The notes: generated by a model from the letters alone, not told the origin. A stretch of DNA of 63,882 nucleotides, filler included, from Octopus bimaculoides (GCF_001194135.2; 6 parts of 5 records of this genome joined end to end with filler, not necessarily neighbours in it), one strand, 5' to 3'. Positions 46,401 through 60,968 are shown, counted from the first letter of the whole stretch. Made by a program: numbers and translations.

Positions 46401-46723
46401 AATATATGTCAAGCCCAGCTACATGGTCACAGAACAATGAAACATGCGCATAATGCTCACACACGTACATTCACAGATTTAAGTCAATTCCAAACATTTT
46501 TATTGTCATATTTTTAGAAGCAGAACGAAGTTTCATTGAAGCCTAACACACACACACGTACACACATTCGTGCACGCATATACATATTTTTCCTCCTACA
46601 CATTGACATACACACACACACACACATATATATATACATACGCACACATACACATATAAACATACACATATAAACATACACACACATACACACACGCATA
46701 TATACTTATATATATAATATATA

Positions 46724-46823
46724 NNNNNNNNNNNNNNNNNNNNNNNNNNNNNNNNNNNNNNNNNNNNTTAATTAATTAANNNNNNNNNNNNNNNNNNNNN
46801 NNNNNNNNNNNNNNNNNNNNNNN
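46724..46823. other. Artificial spacer N44-TTAATTAATTAA-N44
   Basis: Same 100-bp structure. Confidence 0.95.
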
Positions 46824-47075
46824 GCACATAAAAGACACCATTTTGAGCGTGGCCGTTGCCAGTACCGCCTGACTGGCCCTCGTGCAGGTGACACGTAAAA
46901 GCACCCACTACACTCTCGGAGTGGTTGGCGTTAGGAAGGGCATCCAGCTGTAGAAACTCTGCCAAATTAGATTGGAGCCTGGTGTTGTCATCCGGTTTCA
47001 CCAGTCCTCAGTCAAATCGTCCAACCCATGCCAGCATGGAAAGCAGACGTTAAACGATGATGATGATGATGATGA
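46824..47075 (+). mobile_element. RTE LINE 3'UTR with (GAT)n tail, little decayed
   Basis: ...catggaaagcagacgttaaacgatgatgatgat; reverse complement nearly matches 48779-48970. Confidence 0.85.
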
Positions 47076-47169
47076 TGGACCCCAACAGACTGGAATGACT
47101 CACTTAGTTAAACATAACGAACTCTGAAAAAGAAAAAAAAAACAAACTAACAAATGTTCCTGATGCCTA

Positions 47170-48075
47170 CAGTGTCCTCGGCCATATGCATCCCATGACC
47201 ATATTAGCACAGTGATCTCTCTTGCACACCACATCTGATGCTTCTTATTCACAATTTTCCTCTAAAGACACCGTCATACATGCACATCCAACAGAACATG
47301 CTACCTTCATTTCTTTCAAGCCTTTGCATGTCCTCTGCAGTCACAGCACATGTTTCACTGCCATGTGGCATGGATGTTCCCACACAGGCAGCATACAATC
47401 TGCCTTTCACTCTGAGGGAAAGGCCCTTTGTTACCAACAAAAGCAGAAGCTCTCTGAACTTTACCCAACCCATTCTTATTCTCAGAGCATCCACCTCCAC
47501 TGATGACTTGATCCCTAAAGTAACTGAAGCTATTTACTACTTGGTATCCCTCTGGGTATTTGACAAAATCTATTTTCTCTACACTTTTAATGTTTATTGT
47601 ATCTATTCACCTGCCACACACAAAGACTATTTTCCCTGTTAACTTTCCTCTAATATTTCTGCACCTCTTTATGTGTCCAAAGCTTACACAAGGTGCATCT
47701 TATGCAGTTCCTACCTACATCTTTTCTACATATCAAGCAGGGCCATCCGCCTGAAGGGATTTGTAATTTGTCTTTTTTCCTACTTACTAAGACTTTGGTC
47801 TTTGCTAAATTAACTCTAATCCCTTTCATTCTAGACCTTGCTTCCACACCTGAAATTTCTTCTCTAGTTCTGGTAGTGATTCAGCTATAAGAACAAGGTC
47901 ATCAGCACAGAGGAGTTCCCAAGGGCAGCTTATTTTAAATTCCTCTGCTATAGCCTGGAGAACTATGATGAACAAGATGGGGCCGAGAACGGATCCTTGG
48001 TGAACTCCTACCTTGAATTCACTACTTGTTGCCAACTTTCACCCTGCTGACAGCATCCTTGTATATGACTCATAC
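47170..48075 (-). mobile_element. RTE LINE ORF fragments (RT core 48075-47630; C-terminus 47510-47170) with an internal deletion
   Basis: FKVGVHQGSVLGPILFIIVLQAI...WELLCADDLV and GWVKFRELLLLLVTKGLSLRVKGRLYAACV. Confidence 0.88.
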
Positions 48076-48454
48076 AGTGCTCACCACTACATACATACAA
48101 ACACACATAAACCTATATGCACGCACACACACACACCCAGAGACAGAAACCATTTTTCTTTGACTTACCCTCAGTTTCTCTCCTGTTTTATGTTCTTTGG
48201 CTGGAACATAGATGACTTCTTGTACTTCATGTTCAGGACGATTAGAGTTCTTCCCAAAAATCATTTTGCCCGTTTCAGTAACTGGGGGTTGCGCAACAAA
48301 TACATAACTAGCACACTCGGTCATCTTTGAGGGGAATGGAATGATACCTGGAAATAGAGTCGAGAACTTACAGAACAGAGTCACTGGTGGAATATGATCA
48401 GTGCAAATAATTGTACTTTTGTCTACTAATGGAGGACTTGGATTGAAAAATATA

Positions 48455-48778
48455 TTGTGTCTGTGGTAAGAAGCTCGCTTCCCAACCACATGATTCTGGG
48501 TTCAGTCCCACTGTGTGGTACCTTGGGCAAGTGTCTTCTACTATAGCCTCATATATATATGTGCATGCGTGTGTGTGTGTGTGTGTGTGTACCCCACCAT
48601 TGCTTGACAACTGGTATTGGTGTGTTTACATCCCTATAACTTAACAGTTCAGTAAAATAGAATGAGAGTCAGGTTTTAAAAAAAAATTAAGTCCTGGGAT
48701 TGATTCATTGAACTAAAGAATTCTTCAAGGCAGTGCCCCAACATGGCCACAGTCTAATCACTGAAACAAGATAGAAGA
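48455..48778 (+). mobile_element. tRNA-derived SINE (family B)
   Basis: tgtggtaagaagctcgcttcccaaccacatg...gggttcagtccc...cttgggcaagtg head, internal (TG)n. Related copies at 30460-30590, 51130-51580 and 60969-61131. Confidence 0.8.
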
Positions 48779-49365
48779 TCATCATCATCATCATCATCAT
48801 CGTTTAACGTCCGCTTTCCATGCTGGCATGGGTTGGACGGTTTGACTGGGGACTGGTGAATCAGGTGGCTGCACCAGGCTCCAATCTGATTTGGCAGAGT
48901 TTCTACAGCTGGATGCCTTTCCTAATGCCAACCACTCCAAGAGTGTAGTGGGTGCTTTTACGTGCCACCTGCACAGGAGCCAGTCCAGTGGCACTGGCAA
49001 CAATCTCACTTAAATGACTTTTCACGTGCCAGGAAGGCGACGCTGGTAACAATCACACTTGAATGGTGATGCCATCACGATTTCGCTTGCCCCAACAGGT
49101 CTTCGCAAGCCGAGTTTAGTGTCCAATGAAGGAGACGTTGGCATGGGGGCCAATCGTCGAATTTAGTTCGATTTCGATTTCANNNNNNNNNNGGCCAATC
49201 GTCGAATTTAGTTCGATTTCGATTTCACTTGCCTCAACAGGTCCTCGCAAGCAGAGTTTAGTGTCCAATGAAGGAAAGGTATGCATAAGTGGGCTGGCTA
49301 CATCCTTGGATTTTGGTCTCACTTAGCTTGCCGGGTCTTCTCATGCACAGCATATTTCCAATATT
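48779..49365 (-). mobile_element. RTE LINE 3'UTR, antisense
   Basis: (CAT)n tail at 48779-48800 followed by the conserved 3'UTR. Confidence 0.8.
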
Positions 49366-49408
49366 TCCTTCCTTGTGCCTTTAGTAGAAAGGATTATTAT
49401 CATCATCA

Positions 49409-49463
<55 letters not shown>

Positions 49464-49708
49464 GGCAGTGAGCTGGCAGAATCGTTAGGAAGCCGGGCAA
49501 AATGCTTAGTGGTGTTTCGTCTGTCATTACGTTCTGGGTTCAAATTCCGCCGAGGTCGACTTTGCCTTTCATCCTTTTGGGGGTCAATAAATCAAGTACC
49601 AGTTATGCACTGGGGTCAATGTAATTGACTATCTCCCTCCCCCAAATTTCAGGCCTTGTGCCAACAGTAGAAAGGATTATTATTATTATTATTATTATTG
49701 TTATTATT
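49464..49708 (+). mobile_element. tRNA-derived SINE (family A), full length with (ATT)n tail
   Basis: ggcagtgagctggcagaa head, B-box-like GGTTCAAATTCC (49537-49548), core gtcgactttgcctttcatcctttt, inserted in an (ATT)n tract. Confidence 0.88.
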
Positions 49709-52700
49709 CTGTTTTCATTCTTTTCAGTAATGAGTTCTTTAGTACAGTTGTTTATTTATTCTTTTATTTAGCCACCCTTTTCTCTTTTTTCCCTCCCTCT
49801 CTCTCCTCTCTTCTATTTCCTCCCTATAAATATTCTCCCCCTCCTAGCCATGTCCTCTCCTCATCTAGTAAGCAATTTAAACTGTCCCGACCATATATAG
49901 ACTGTGAATTCCACAAATTTGCTCCTATTTTGATATATTTTAACTGAGAAAGATCTTGCGTAAGAGACGAAATTCCCTTTTCATCTATTGAGCAACAACC
50001 TGAAACATGCGTCTTAAATGCATCCAAAATATCCCTGCTTGGTTTCAATTCTTTATTATAACATTATACAACTCCTTGCCAGTGCAAGCTCACCGTTCCT
50101 AACTCCATCTACATGGATGCTATGACAAGGATTCGGAGTGGTTTGTTCCATTCAACTTGAATTGGAAATTCTGCTAATGTGCATTGCTTCTAAGCTTAAC
50201 ACAAAACACATGCATAATACACACACACACACACACACACTTATGCATATACATTTGTATCATTTACTCATACACACACACACATATTCAAATATATACA
50301 CACATGAAGAAACATTTATATATATAGAAATACACACACACATTCATTATGTATATATTCAAATATACACATTTATATACACACACACATACACATATAT
50401 TATATATAAACATGCAAACATACATTATACACACACACACACACACACTTGTACACGTGTGATTGTGCATGTCTATGGATTTGTAATTCTAAGTAACTAT
50501 TTAGATTTTTTTGCCTTTCTTCTTCAAGCAAAATGTCAATTTGTAGGTCAACTTTAGCCTGGATTCCCGTAGCCGTGAGGTTGGATGTCAAAATGGTCTT
50601 TGGACTGTGAATAAGAGAAATCTTCTCATTGAAACAGAGAGAAACTAATGCTATAATACTACTCTCTGGTGCTGCTGAAGTGTAATGTCGTCTCCAAAAG
50701 AATTGGAATGCAATGGCTGGGATTTAGTTCCAGATTACTGATAATAGGAACAGGAATTATGAAGTGGAAATCCTCCAATATCTGTCTGTCTCTCTCTCTA
50801 AGGAATATAAACAAACAGATGTGTTGCTGGAATAACCATACAGCTCTCCTTTACAAGAACTTGCTTGCCCTTCCCTCCTCTCATAAATGCTGCCCAACCT
50901 CCTCCAAGGTTTTACTTTCTTACAAGCTGCATGCAAATTCATTAGTGCCAGTGGCACTAAGAAAGCACCCATTCCATGCTGCAAGGTGACTGGCGTTAGG
51001 AAGGGCATCGTCCAGCTTTAGAAGACCATGCTAAAGCAGACACTGGAGTGTGATGTGGTCCTTGGACGCATCACACTTGGTCAACCCATACAACCCATGC
51101 CAGCACGGAAAAACGGACGTTAAATGATGATATATACACAGGCGTGTGTATACCCACACAAGTGGAGGGGTGGGTGTGTTAGTTAAGAGGTTTGTTTCCT
51201 ACCCACATGCTTCTGGGTGGTACCTTGGGCAAACGTTTTCTTTTACAACCCCAAACTGACGAATGCCTTGTGAGGAGATTTGGCAGACGGAAAAGAAATA
51301 AGCCTGTTCTGTGTGTGTGTGTGTGTGTGTATGTGTGTTACTGTCTCCTTGCCTTGTCATCACTTGATAGTTGTAAAGGAGTGTCATCATGATGCAGGCG
51401 GTGTCCTTCATTTCCAAACTTTCGTGAATGCATGTCTGGTCATGGGAAACTATAACCGTATTTGGAAACAGAAGCTAGGCGACAGGAATGGCATCCGTAC
51501 ATTGAGAATCTTCCACAACAAATTCCATTTGATCCATACAAACATGAAAAGGTGGACGTTAAAACGATTACACACACACACACACACACACAGTCGCAGC
51601 TGTGTCTGTGTATGACATAATGACGTGTGTATAGTTGTGTGTAAATATATATAGATATGTGCATATGTGTGTGTGTCACCTTTTACGTATCATCACTGCA
51701 GCCCAAGTTGAAAGGCAAGACTCATTGATTTGTGTTCGTATGTTTAATGGACACTAAAATGCACACGGAGCACACACGCAAATATACGAACATTAATCCG
51801 ACACGGAGATAAACCCACAAACTTTATTGTAAATCCTTAAAAAATAAAAAATAAAATATTCTGAAGTGTAGAATAAGTATTTTCCTCAGTAAAATATACG
51901 TTAGGAATGTATGTATACAAATGTGTGTTAGGAACGTTCTTTAAATACCTTCAAGGGACATCGGCCCCCAAGTCGATCGATCAAACCCACTATCGAAATA
52001 ATTACCAGTCAAAAACTAACCCGTTGTTTTCTTTAAGACATAGTGTAGCAACTAGAATTCATCTCTGCAGTGTTTTCTTTAAGATGGTTGGATTAGGGTA
52101 TTATTTGGGGGAAATTTGGCTGTTATTTTTAATAAATCAACTTCGTAGAAGCTTCCTTGTTGGTACGCTCGTGCGAGTGTATATAGGATTTAAATGTATA
52201 TATGCGGCTTGTCTACATACCGTCAGAAGGCGAGATAAGTAGGGGGCACCTCCCTAACCAGTTGAAATAACTATTAGGTCTCTCTCAAATCTCACTCTTC
52301 CGCCTTAAAAAAATGAAGGAGGCATTAAAACAATGTCGTCCTGGATTTAAAAAAAACCCCCAACAAACTGTGCGCTCGGTGTCTGACCAAGGGTTAAACA
52401 ACAATGCGAACAAAGGAGGAAGCTTCTGCGTGGTTGTTCGATCTGCTAAAATAATACCCAAATCTTCCTCAGTTTTCATTTATCTCTTTTAAAAAAGGAC
52501 ACATTGGTTATTGTAGTCCCAGGCGCATTGTGTTTGATGATAGATTAGCTGAATTAGGGCTGACCTAGACTACAACACTATTAACAACAGTCGTAAACCT
52601 ACTCAGGTCAATTACTTCTCTACCGGTCCCGTCTCCAATTATGTCATCTCCGTTACATTCATACATAATATCTCATTGTGTTTGTGAGATATTTAGCACT

Positions 52701-55030
52701 CACAAAGCAAAGGAACCGATCAGAAACCGGGGCACGGTCGATTTGCGAACTTTCGACCTGCCTCTCTCTTTCTCTGTGCGTATATATTCTGAGATGAAGG
52801 AAGAACACACGCATCCAATGTACGTATTTCTGCGATAGTTTGATGCGGATATACATAACAAATTATCGTTTTGGTTACTGTACATTTATGTGTGTGTATG
52901 TGTGTACAATGTATAATGTCAATTTCAATGACGAGGATTAAATTAATACAATTAATACAGCGACGAATAATTATAAGTAATGTTATCATAAATATACATT
53001 CTTATACGCACAACACGTCCATTGGAGTGTGTGTAAGTATACCTTGTACACACCTACCTACAGAACGATGTTTTATATACAAACACATACATGAAATACA
53101 CATCAACACCCAAACAGAATCCTATACAGAAATTCATTCCAAAAGTATATTTACATAAACATACATATATAGATATAACATGCATACGTAGATATTTGTG
53201 CATGCGGTGTGTGTATATATATATATATGTATGTATGTATATGTAAGGAAGTCACTATATATATATGGAGAGAGATATGCACACGGACACGCACGAAGCC
53301 GATAGGTAGGATGTTCTGGAATAGTTGTCTTATGATAGTCGGATACTTTAATGAATGTGGACAGAGAGATAGATAAGTAGATAGATACGTTAACAGTATC
53401 ACCATATACATTCCAACCATGACTAACTTGTCGTTTTGTATATTCAGTTCTACGATGTCTAATGTGTCCCCCACCACCTTTATTTTTTAACATGGTAGGG
53501 TGTGATTTGAGGGAAATATGGTTGCTATTTCTTGCAGGCCAAGCAACAGTCTAGAGTTTTCGTTGTTTGTCTACCCGTTGGAAGACAGTAAAAAAGCTGG
53601 TTGGATTGATATGTCAAAAGGAAAGAGAGATGGATAAAAAGAGAGTTGGAAGTACAAAATATAGACAGAAAATATAGAGAGAAAAGAGAAATAAATATAT
53701 GCTAAGATAGAGAGATAGAAAGATAGGTAGATAGAGAGATGGGTAGATAGAAAGATAGAGAGATGGGTAGATAGATAGAGACGAAATAAAAAAAATGTTT
53801 GGTGGACGAACAGTGCTTGTATTGGTATTCATTTTGGATTTGTTTATCTGGGATTAAAAATGTTGATAATTATATTTAGAAGCATGACGAATGTGATTGA
53901 TTTACCTTAAGAAGAAGAGTGAGACGGTCGGACAGATAGTCGGCAACGAAGTGAAATGGTTGACTTGAATGAATGAATGGGATATTTGCACGGTACACGG
54001 AACAACCACCTGACAACGTTGACACGGCGTGGAATACGATGGTGAGACTGGGATAGAAGTGGTTGGGGGAAGAGGAAGAGGGAGCGAGATAAGTGAGAGA
54101 GGGAGGGAGATAGAGAACAATTTTTTTTAAATATTAAAAAGAAGTAGGAGTGAGAGTAGGAGAAAGGGAAGCAATTATCGGAGTAGGAGTAGGAGAAGCT
54201 TTTAGTGCAAGAGGAGTAGGAGTAGGAGAAGTAAACAAACGGTCATCGGAAAGAAAACGAAAGGAACGGGCACGGCTGAGTTGGAATTAAGGGAAATGGA
54301 AATAGCTCGACGTATATGGGGGGCTGCCCCCCAACGAAACTTATTTTATATATATATATTAATTTTTATACTAACTTATTAATATATTCACAACACATAA
54401 CACTCATTGTGTTTGTTATAAGAAACGCCTGGTGATGTCTACATCACGAAACAGGAAAATAAATGGGCGGAAAATTTAATTTCGGTTTTCGTGTAGTTTC
54501 AATTAACCACATTCAAAATTAATTTCTGTTTGGATTTTAGTGTTGTTTCTGGCAGTTTTGCAGACTTTCTCAGAACTATCATTGCATCTACCAAACGACG
54601 AAAATACTTAAAACATCTCACAGTTACACAATATTTGTAAAGCACAGAAGGTATTTGTGTGTGTGTGTGTGTATGCATGATTTTTCTTTGCGATTTATTG
54701 AAGTTCTTCTCCAGAGGGTTCAAGCCGGTCGCTAACAAAACGACAAAACTTAAGAGAGTTAAGAGAGTTCTCGCCGTTTGTAAATATGCGATTGAGTTGG
54801 TGTGTTGGTTGAAATGTCGAGGCATACACCCAAATGTGTGTATCTATTCACATAAGAATCTCAGATGGAGAATTTTGGGAATGTCTTGCAGATCCCCACT
54901 GTGCCACTAACAGATTGGATTTGGAGAATCCACGTCAGTTTCTTTCGCTCTTTCTTTGAAAACGCCATCATTTCTAAGATTTTGTGTAAATTTTCCGGTT
55001 TATAGCCTAATGCACCTATGATGATAAGTA

Positions 55031-55193
<163 letters not shown>

Positions 55194-56463
55194 TATGTAT
55201 GTACGACTCCATTTATGTACCATACTTAATGTAAATACATTATGATAGGTAAGTCTACTGGGTTATTCGTCCTGAGGTAGTATCTGTTATGGACGTACTG
55301 TGTTTAAAAACACAATATATATCAGAAGCAGACGAAAATAGTCCCAGCAGCAGCTGGTGAGAATGCAAGATATATTTCTGTTTCGTTGGGTGCTGTCAGT
55401 AGCATTTGCGCCCAACTGCACGCTGAGACAAAATTTGTCACCAACATATGGAAAAAAACAGTGAGTAAACAAGTCCAGGCCATTGGAAAAATGACGATCG
55501 GGGCAAAACAACATCTAGCGTTATGCCTCCCTCCATCCGTCCGTCCGTTCGTCCGTCCGTCCGTCCGTCCGTCCGTTCACAAAGCACAGTACGGCCGAAC
55601 TTGGGATCTTGGAGAGAAAACGCAAATCTTTAAATCATACACTCCAAATGATCACGACATATAAGAATTTAAAATCTGTAAAACTTTCTTAAGATTTAAA
55701 GGATGGTGGTCAAAACAAGACGCTTTCCTTCACAACCTTGCTACCAAATATGGTGGCCGATCAAAATGTACTAGAAATAAAGAAAGAAAAGAGAAACAGA
55801 ACATACATACATACATACATGCCCCGTTAGCAATCTCGATCATTTCATAAATCGGCAGCTATGAACGAAATAGCTTTGGAGTCTAGACAATGTTATGAGT
55901 TATGAGTTTGATGGGTTGTTCTTTTTTAATTGTGATACGAACACAGCTGAAGGTAATTGGCAAATAACTGGAAAAAATATCTAGAAACTTGTGTCTCCCT
56001 GCAGACAGTTAATGAGTTTAATTAATATAACTCATCGGGATGTTAACAATGTGAACTGGTTATGAAGAAATCAAATAAAAACATAATTAAGACCTAATGT
56101 TCTAATGAAATTATTAAATAGGTTAAATTAATCGACTTTAATCACATGTACACAGGCTTGGCCATCGTTTAATCAGTTAAAAGACAATAGAGTAGAAATA
56201 AAACAGGATTTGTTTGGAGCGAGAGTCAGGCTTTGGCTTTCCCTGGAAAATCGGCTGCTTTTCAAAGAATACATCTAATGTCGTCTGCGTTTTCTTAACT
56301 CTTTTCTCACGCGCTTCCAGTCAGGGTCATTTTCAATGCTATATACTTAGAAAACACACGCACACATGCATACATACGTACATACATATACACACACACA
56401 TATATCTTATCTAAATTCCTATCTTATCTAAATTAATTACTACTTAAACCGTCCTCTCACACC

Positions 56464-56511
56464 GTCTCCGATGAAGGAATATAATAAATATCCTGGAAAC
56501 AGCTGTAAGAC
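56464..56511 (+). ncRNA. Hammerhead-like motif with variant core (CCGAUGA), Penelope-terminus-like context
   Basis: GUCU-CCGAUGA-AGGAAUAU-AAUAA-AUAUCCU-G-GAAAC-AGCU-GUA-AGAC; palindromic ACAGCUGU stem III; AATAAA follows. Confidence 0.55.
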
Positions 56512-56746
56512 CTATTTAATAAATGTTCTATATTATACACAGCCTTGGTTTTTTTTCTTTTTATCTCATTAGGAAAAGTAAATCCTTATATACACACATA
56601 TATCTCTAGTTTTACGTACGATTGTACATAAGACTGCAAAATCTACCGATTACAAAAAGTACTTAAACAAATGAAAGGAGATTATTTTTATTGATTAATT
56701 TAAGGTGAAATATTTTTTGTAGGTGTGCGGATGAGAGAATGTGCCC

Positions 56747-56846
56747 NNNNNNNNNNNNNNNNNNNNNNNNNNNNNNNNNNNNNNNNNNNNTTAATTAATT
56801 AANNNNNNNNNNNNNNNNNNNNNNNNNNNNNNNNNNNNNNNNNNNN
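56747..56846. other. Artificial spacer N44-TTAATTAATTAA-N44
   Basis: Same 100-bp structure. Confidence 0.95.
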
Positions 56847-56920
56847 AACCCGGAACCATGTGGTTGGTAAGCAAGCTACAGAGAGAGAGAGAGCGTTTCT
56901 AAATATATATAGGCACATAA

Positions 56921-57098
56921 ATACATACATACGTACATACATGCATAATACATACATACATACATACATACGTACGTACGTACGTACATACATACATACA
57001 TACATACATACATACATACATACGTATGTACGTACGTAGTACATACATACATACATACATACATACATACATACATACATACATACATACATACATAC
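56921..57098. repeat. (ATAC)n/(GTAC) microsatellite
   Basis: Seen directly. Confidence 0.95.
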
Positions 57099-57404
57099 TG
57101 CCTAAATAACAATCTTGAGAAATTAGGCTTCTCAAAACCAGAAAGGAGAAAGCTGATTCGAAGACTACAGATTCAAACCATCTCTGGAATTGTAAAAATC
57201 TGTAAAACTTTCCAGGAGTTTATTCAAATATATATGAGCATATCTAAATACGCAACGAAATCCATGAAGATACATGCATAAAGCAAAACATACATCTCTG
57301 AACATATTCATACATACATGCATGCATACAAACTTACAAATCTGCATATGTACATACATACATACATGCATGCATACATACATACATACATACATATACA
57401 TACA

Positions 57405-57438
<34 letters not shown>

Positions 57439-57645
57439 CATACAAGCAAAAATACCCTGTTGTTGATTCCAATGAAGGAGCCTTGGACCTAGGTTAGAAA
57501 CCGGCACTTTCTCCATTGGCAAGAAACCTTGAAATGAAACAATAATGACATGCATGCATATGTACAGACATACATAAATACATATGCGCATGCATACGTA
57601 CACAGAGACACGCATTCATACATCTGTGTATACGCAAAGATGTGT

Positions 57646-57689
<44 letters not shown>

Positions 57690-58015
57690 NNNNNNNNNNN
57701 NNNNNNNNNNNNNNNNNNNNNNNNNNNNNNNNNNNNNNNNNNNNNNNNNNNNNNNNNNNNNNNNNNNNNNNNNNNNNNNNNNNNNNNNNTTTTTTTTTTT
57801 TTCAGGGTCATGGCAATATGTGTGGTGATTTTGAAAAGCGAGGATAGTGTTTTAACATTTAGGATTATTGCCCCTTGGTAGTTGAAACAAATTACGTGTA
57901 TGTACGAACTAGGTATGTATGTATGCGTGTATGTATGTATATATCTATAAATACATATAGACACATACATATGCATGTTTATACATATACCTATGTATAT
58001 ATGCATGTAAGCATG

Positions 58016-58090
<75 letters not shown>

Positions 58091-58301
58091 ATATATAGAT
58101 AGATACATACATACATACATACATACATACATACATACATACATACATACAAAGATAGCGCCAAAAGTCACGCACAAAATAAATTCAATACGCTCTGGAA
58201 CTGTCAAAGACATGCTTCCTCTTTTCTACAATTGAATAAAATAATGATTAATACATATGTATTTATATATGATGAACAGAATGAATGAATGAATGAATGA
58301 A

Positions 58302-58377
<76 letters not shown>

Positions 58378-58430
58378 TGATGATGATGATGATAATAATG
58401 ATGATGATAATAATAATAATAACAATAATC

Positions 58431-58875
58431 CTTTCTACTATAGGCACAAGGCCTGAAATTTTGCATGATGGGGAAAGTCGATCATATCGACCTCAGTACT
58501 TGACTGGTACTTAATTTATCGACTCCGAAAGGTTGAAAGGCAAAGTTGAACTCGGCGGAATTTGAACTCAGAACGTAAAGACGGATAAAATGCCGCTAAG
58601 CATTTTGCCCGGCGTGCTAACGGTTCTGCCAGCTCACTGACTTAATAACAATAATTATTATTATTTCAAATTTTTGCCACCGGGCAGCTTGGTGGGGATG
58701 TGGAGATGAGCCGATTACATCGACCCCAGTGCGTAACTGGTACTTAGTTTATCGACCCCCGGAAGGATGAAAGGCAAAGTCAACCTCGACGGAATTTGAA
58801 ATCAGAACGTAGCGACCGACGAAATACTGCTAAGCATTTCGCCCAGCGTGCTAACGATTCTGCCAACTCGCTGCC
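58431..58875 (-). mobile_element. Two tandem family-A SINEs (58431-58640; about 58690-58875)
   Basis: Both match the reverse complement of the 49464 SINE. Confidence 0.85.
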
Positions 58876-58905
58876 TTATAATAATAATGTTTTGTATTAT
58901 TGTTG

Positions 58906-58937
<32 letters not shown>

Positions 58938-59042
58938 TTATGTTTGACTTTTGTTTTGCATTTGTACAAGTTGGATCCAAGTCTCACCCAGAGACCTCAA
59001 GAGACAACAAGTTAGAAGTTCATGTAGGTGTTATGCCTAGGG

Positions 59043-59160
<118 letters not shown>

Positions 59161-59619
59161 NNNNNNNNNNNNNNNNNNNNNNNNNNNNNNNNNNNNNNNN
59201 NNNNNNNNNNNNNNNNNNNNNNNNNNNNNNNNNNNNNNNNNNNNNNNNNNNNNNNNNNNNNNNNNNNNNNNNNNNNNNNNNNNNNNNNNNNNNNNNNNNN
59301 NNNNNNNNNNNNNNNNNNNNNNNNNNNNNNNNNNNNNNNNNNNNNNNNNNNNNNNNNNNNNNNNNNNNNNNNNNNNNNNNNNNNNNNNNNNNNNNNNNNN
59401 NNNNNNNNNNNNNNNNNNNNNNNNNNNNNNNNNNNNNNNNNNNNNNNNNNNNNNNNNNNNNNNNNNNNNNNNNNNNNNNNNNNNNNNNNNNNNNNNNNNN
59501 NNNNNNNNNNNNNNNNNNNNNNNNNNNNNNNNNNNNNNNNNNNNNNNNNNNNNNNNNNNNNNNNNNNNNNNNNNNNNNNNNNNNNNNNNNNNNNNNNNNN
59601 NNNNNNNTATATATATCAC

Positions 59620-60968
59620 ACTCAGTCTCTATTGTTTTCATTTTCATTTTTCAGACGCTATTGTTTTCACTGTAAGTTTTCAACCGCTATTTACAAACAA
59701 CAACGACAAATTACTGACAGAAAGAAGTTCACAATTACTGACGAAAGTAATTTCATAATTTACTGACAGAAGTAATTTCATAAATTTCACTTAAATCCAT
59801 ACACTTAGTTAATTTCCCTAAAAATTTCTTATTCACTTTTGCAACGATCTTGTGTTTTTTCTGTTGTTGACGGTTTTTTTCTAGTTCCTTCGATACTGGC
59901 TCTTTGGTTTACTGAGTGACAAATTTCACTTCAACCAGTACAATTCTTTATTTCCCGTAAAAATTTCTTGTTTACTTTCTACCCCTCGTATTAAGAAGCA
60001 TAATTACCGTTACCGTTACAAAGTTATTTTCTTTGTTTACTATCTTCTGCACCCGTGTATTTTTGTATACGTTTATAACCATGCCCAGAAGGAAAGTTTT
60101 ACATTTGTCTACACTGTCAAGGTCAGCCGAAAGAATGTCTTTGTCCAGGGAGAGACAACTGCAGAAAGGGAAGCACGCCAAGAAACGAACAGACTGTGCA
60201 CTACAAAAGCCAGAGCATCTCAAAGTGATGAACAGAGGTATGCACGGCTGACAAGGAATGGGATCTCCACTGCAGAACGAAGAGCAGTTGCAACAGCTCA
60301 GAGAAGCAATTTCTATGAAGCAGCTTTCAATTATGATCCAGCAGTTCATTATGCAGATGAGACTAGAGTTTCCATTGGTGCAATGACAACTGAGTGCANN
60401 NNNNNNNNTATGATCCAGCAGTTCATTATGCAGATGAGACTAGAGTTTCCATTGGTGCAATGACAACTGAGTGCATACATTGTAAAGCAAGGAAGTGGCC
60501 CGGAGAGACACCTGCACTGTGGTGGAAAGGTTAAACTCCCAGCAATCCCCCAACCTCCAGAGCCATTGAAGGAACCGTTGTCATCAACTGACCAAGATTC
60601 CAAGCACTTCCAAAGCAAAATTAGACAATACAACGCTGCACTACAGATGACATCATTTGGAGCCACAAGAGATATAACTGAGCCAGGATTCATACAAACT
60701 TTCAAGACCCAAGGTATCTTCGGATTGGCTCTCTACCACTTCTGTCAAATGAATCAACAAAATTCCTTCAGATATACTTTTTGTGTGATTCTCAACATGA
60801 AAGACAAGAGAGGTGCAAGAGCATTTCCGACATTAAGATGAACGTTGTAGTGTCTTTGCAAAAGATGCTGCATAACAACAACAACCTGATCAGAAGCTTC
60901 AAGACTGCACTTGAAACAATTCCACCTGACTCCATTAATTACAAGGAAGTTATCAGGTCAGACAAGAA
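59620..60968 (+). mobile_element. Helitron 5' portion (N-terminal region of Rep/Hel), frameshifted, truncated by a SINE at 60969
   Basis: YEAAFNYDP...IGAMTTECIHCKARKWPGETP, SKHFQSKIRQYNAALQMTSFGA...TFKTQG and FKTALE...VIRSDK motifs. Confidence 0.85.

Noticed and set aside
49148-49227. 35-bp direct repeat around a 10-N gap
   Set aside because: Exact duplication on both sides of a minimal gap; an unmerged contig overlap.
49464-49560. tRNA genes at SINE heads (also 18600-18660, 48455 and 60969)
   Set aside because: A/B-box-like motifs only, no complete cloverleaf, and they continue into SINE bodies.
49985-50013. CUAUUGA...GAAACAUGCGUC hammerhead-like string
   Set aside because: Two core substitutions, no stem II and no credible stem I.
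54428-54455. Hairpin cctg-gtgatg-tcta-catcac-gaaa-cagg as a ribozyme or SECIS
   Set aside because: Lacks the hammerhead topology and cleavage triplet and is too short for SECIS; a single short hairpin is expected by chance.
60332-60475. 67-bp direct repeat in the Helitron N-terminus
   Set aside because: Same negative-gap assembly artefact around a 10-N gap.
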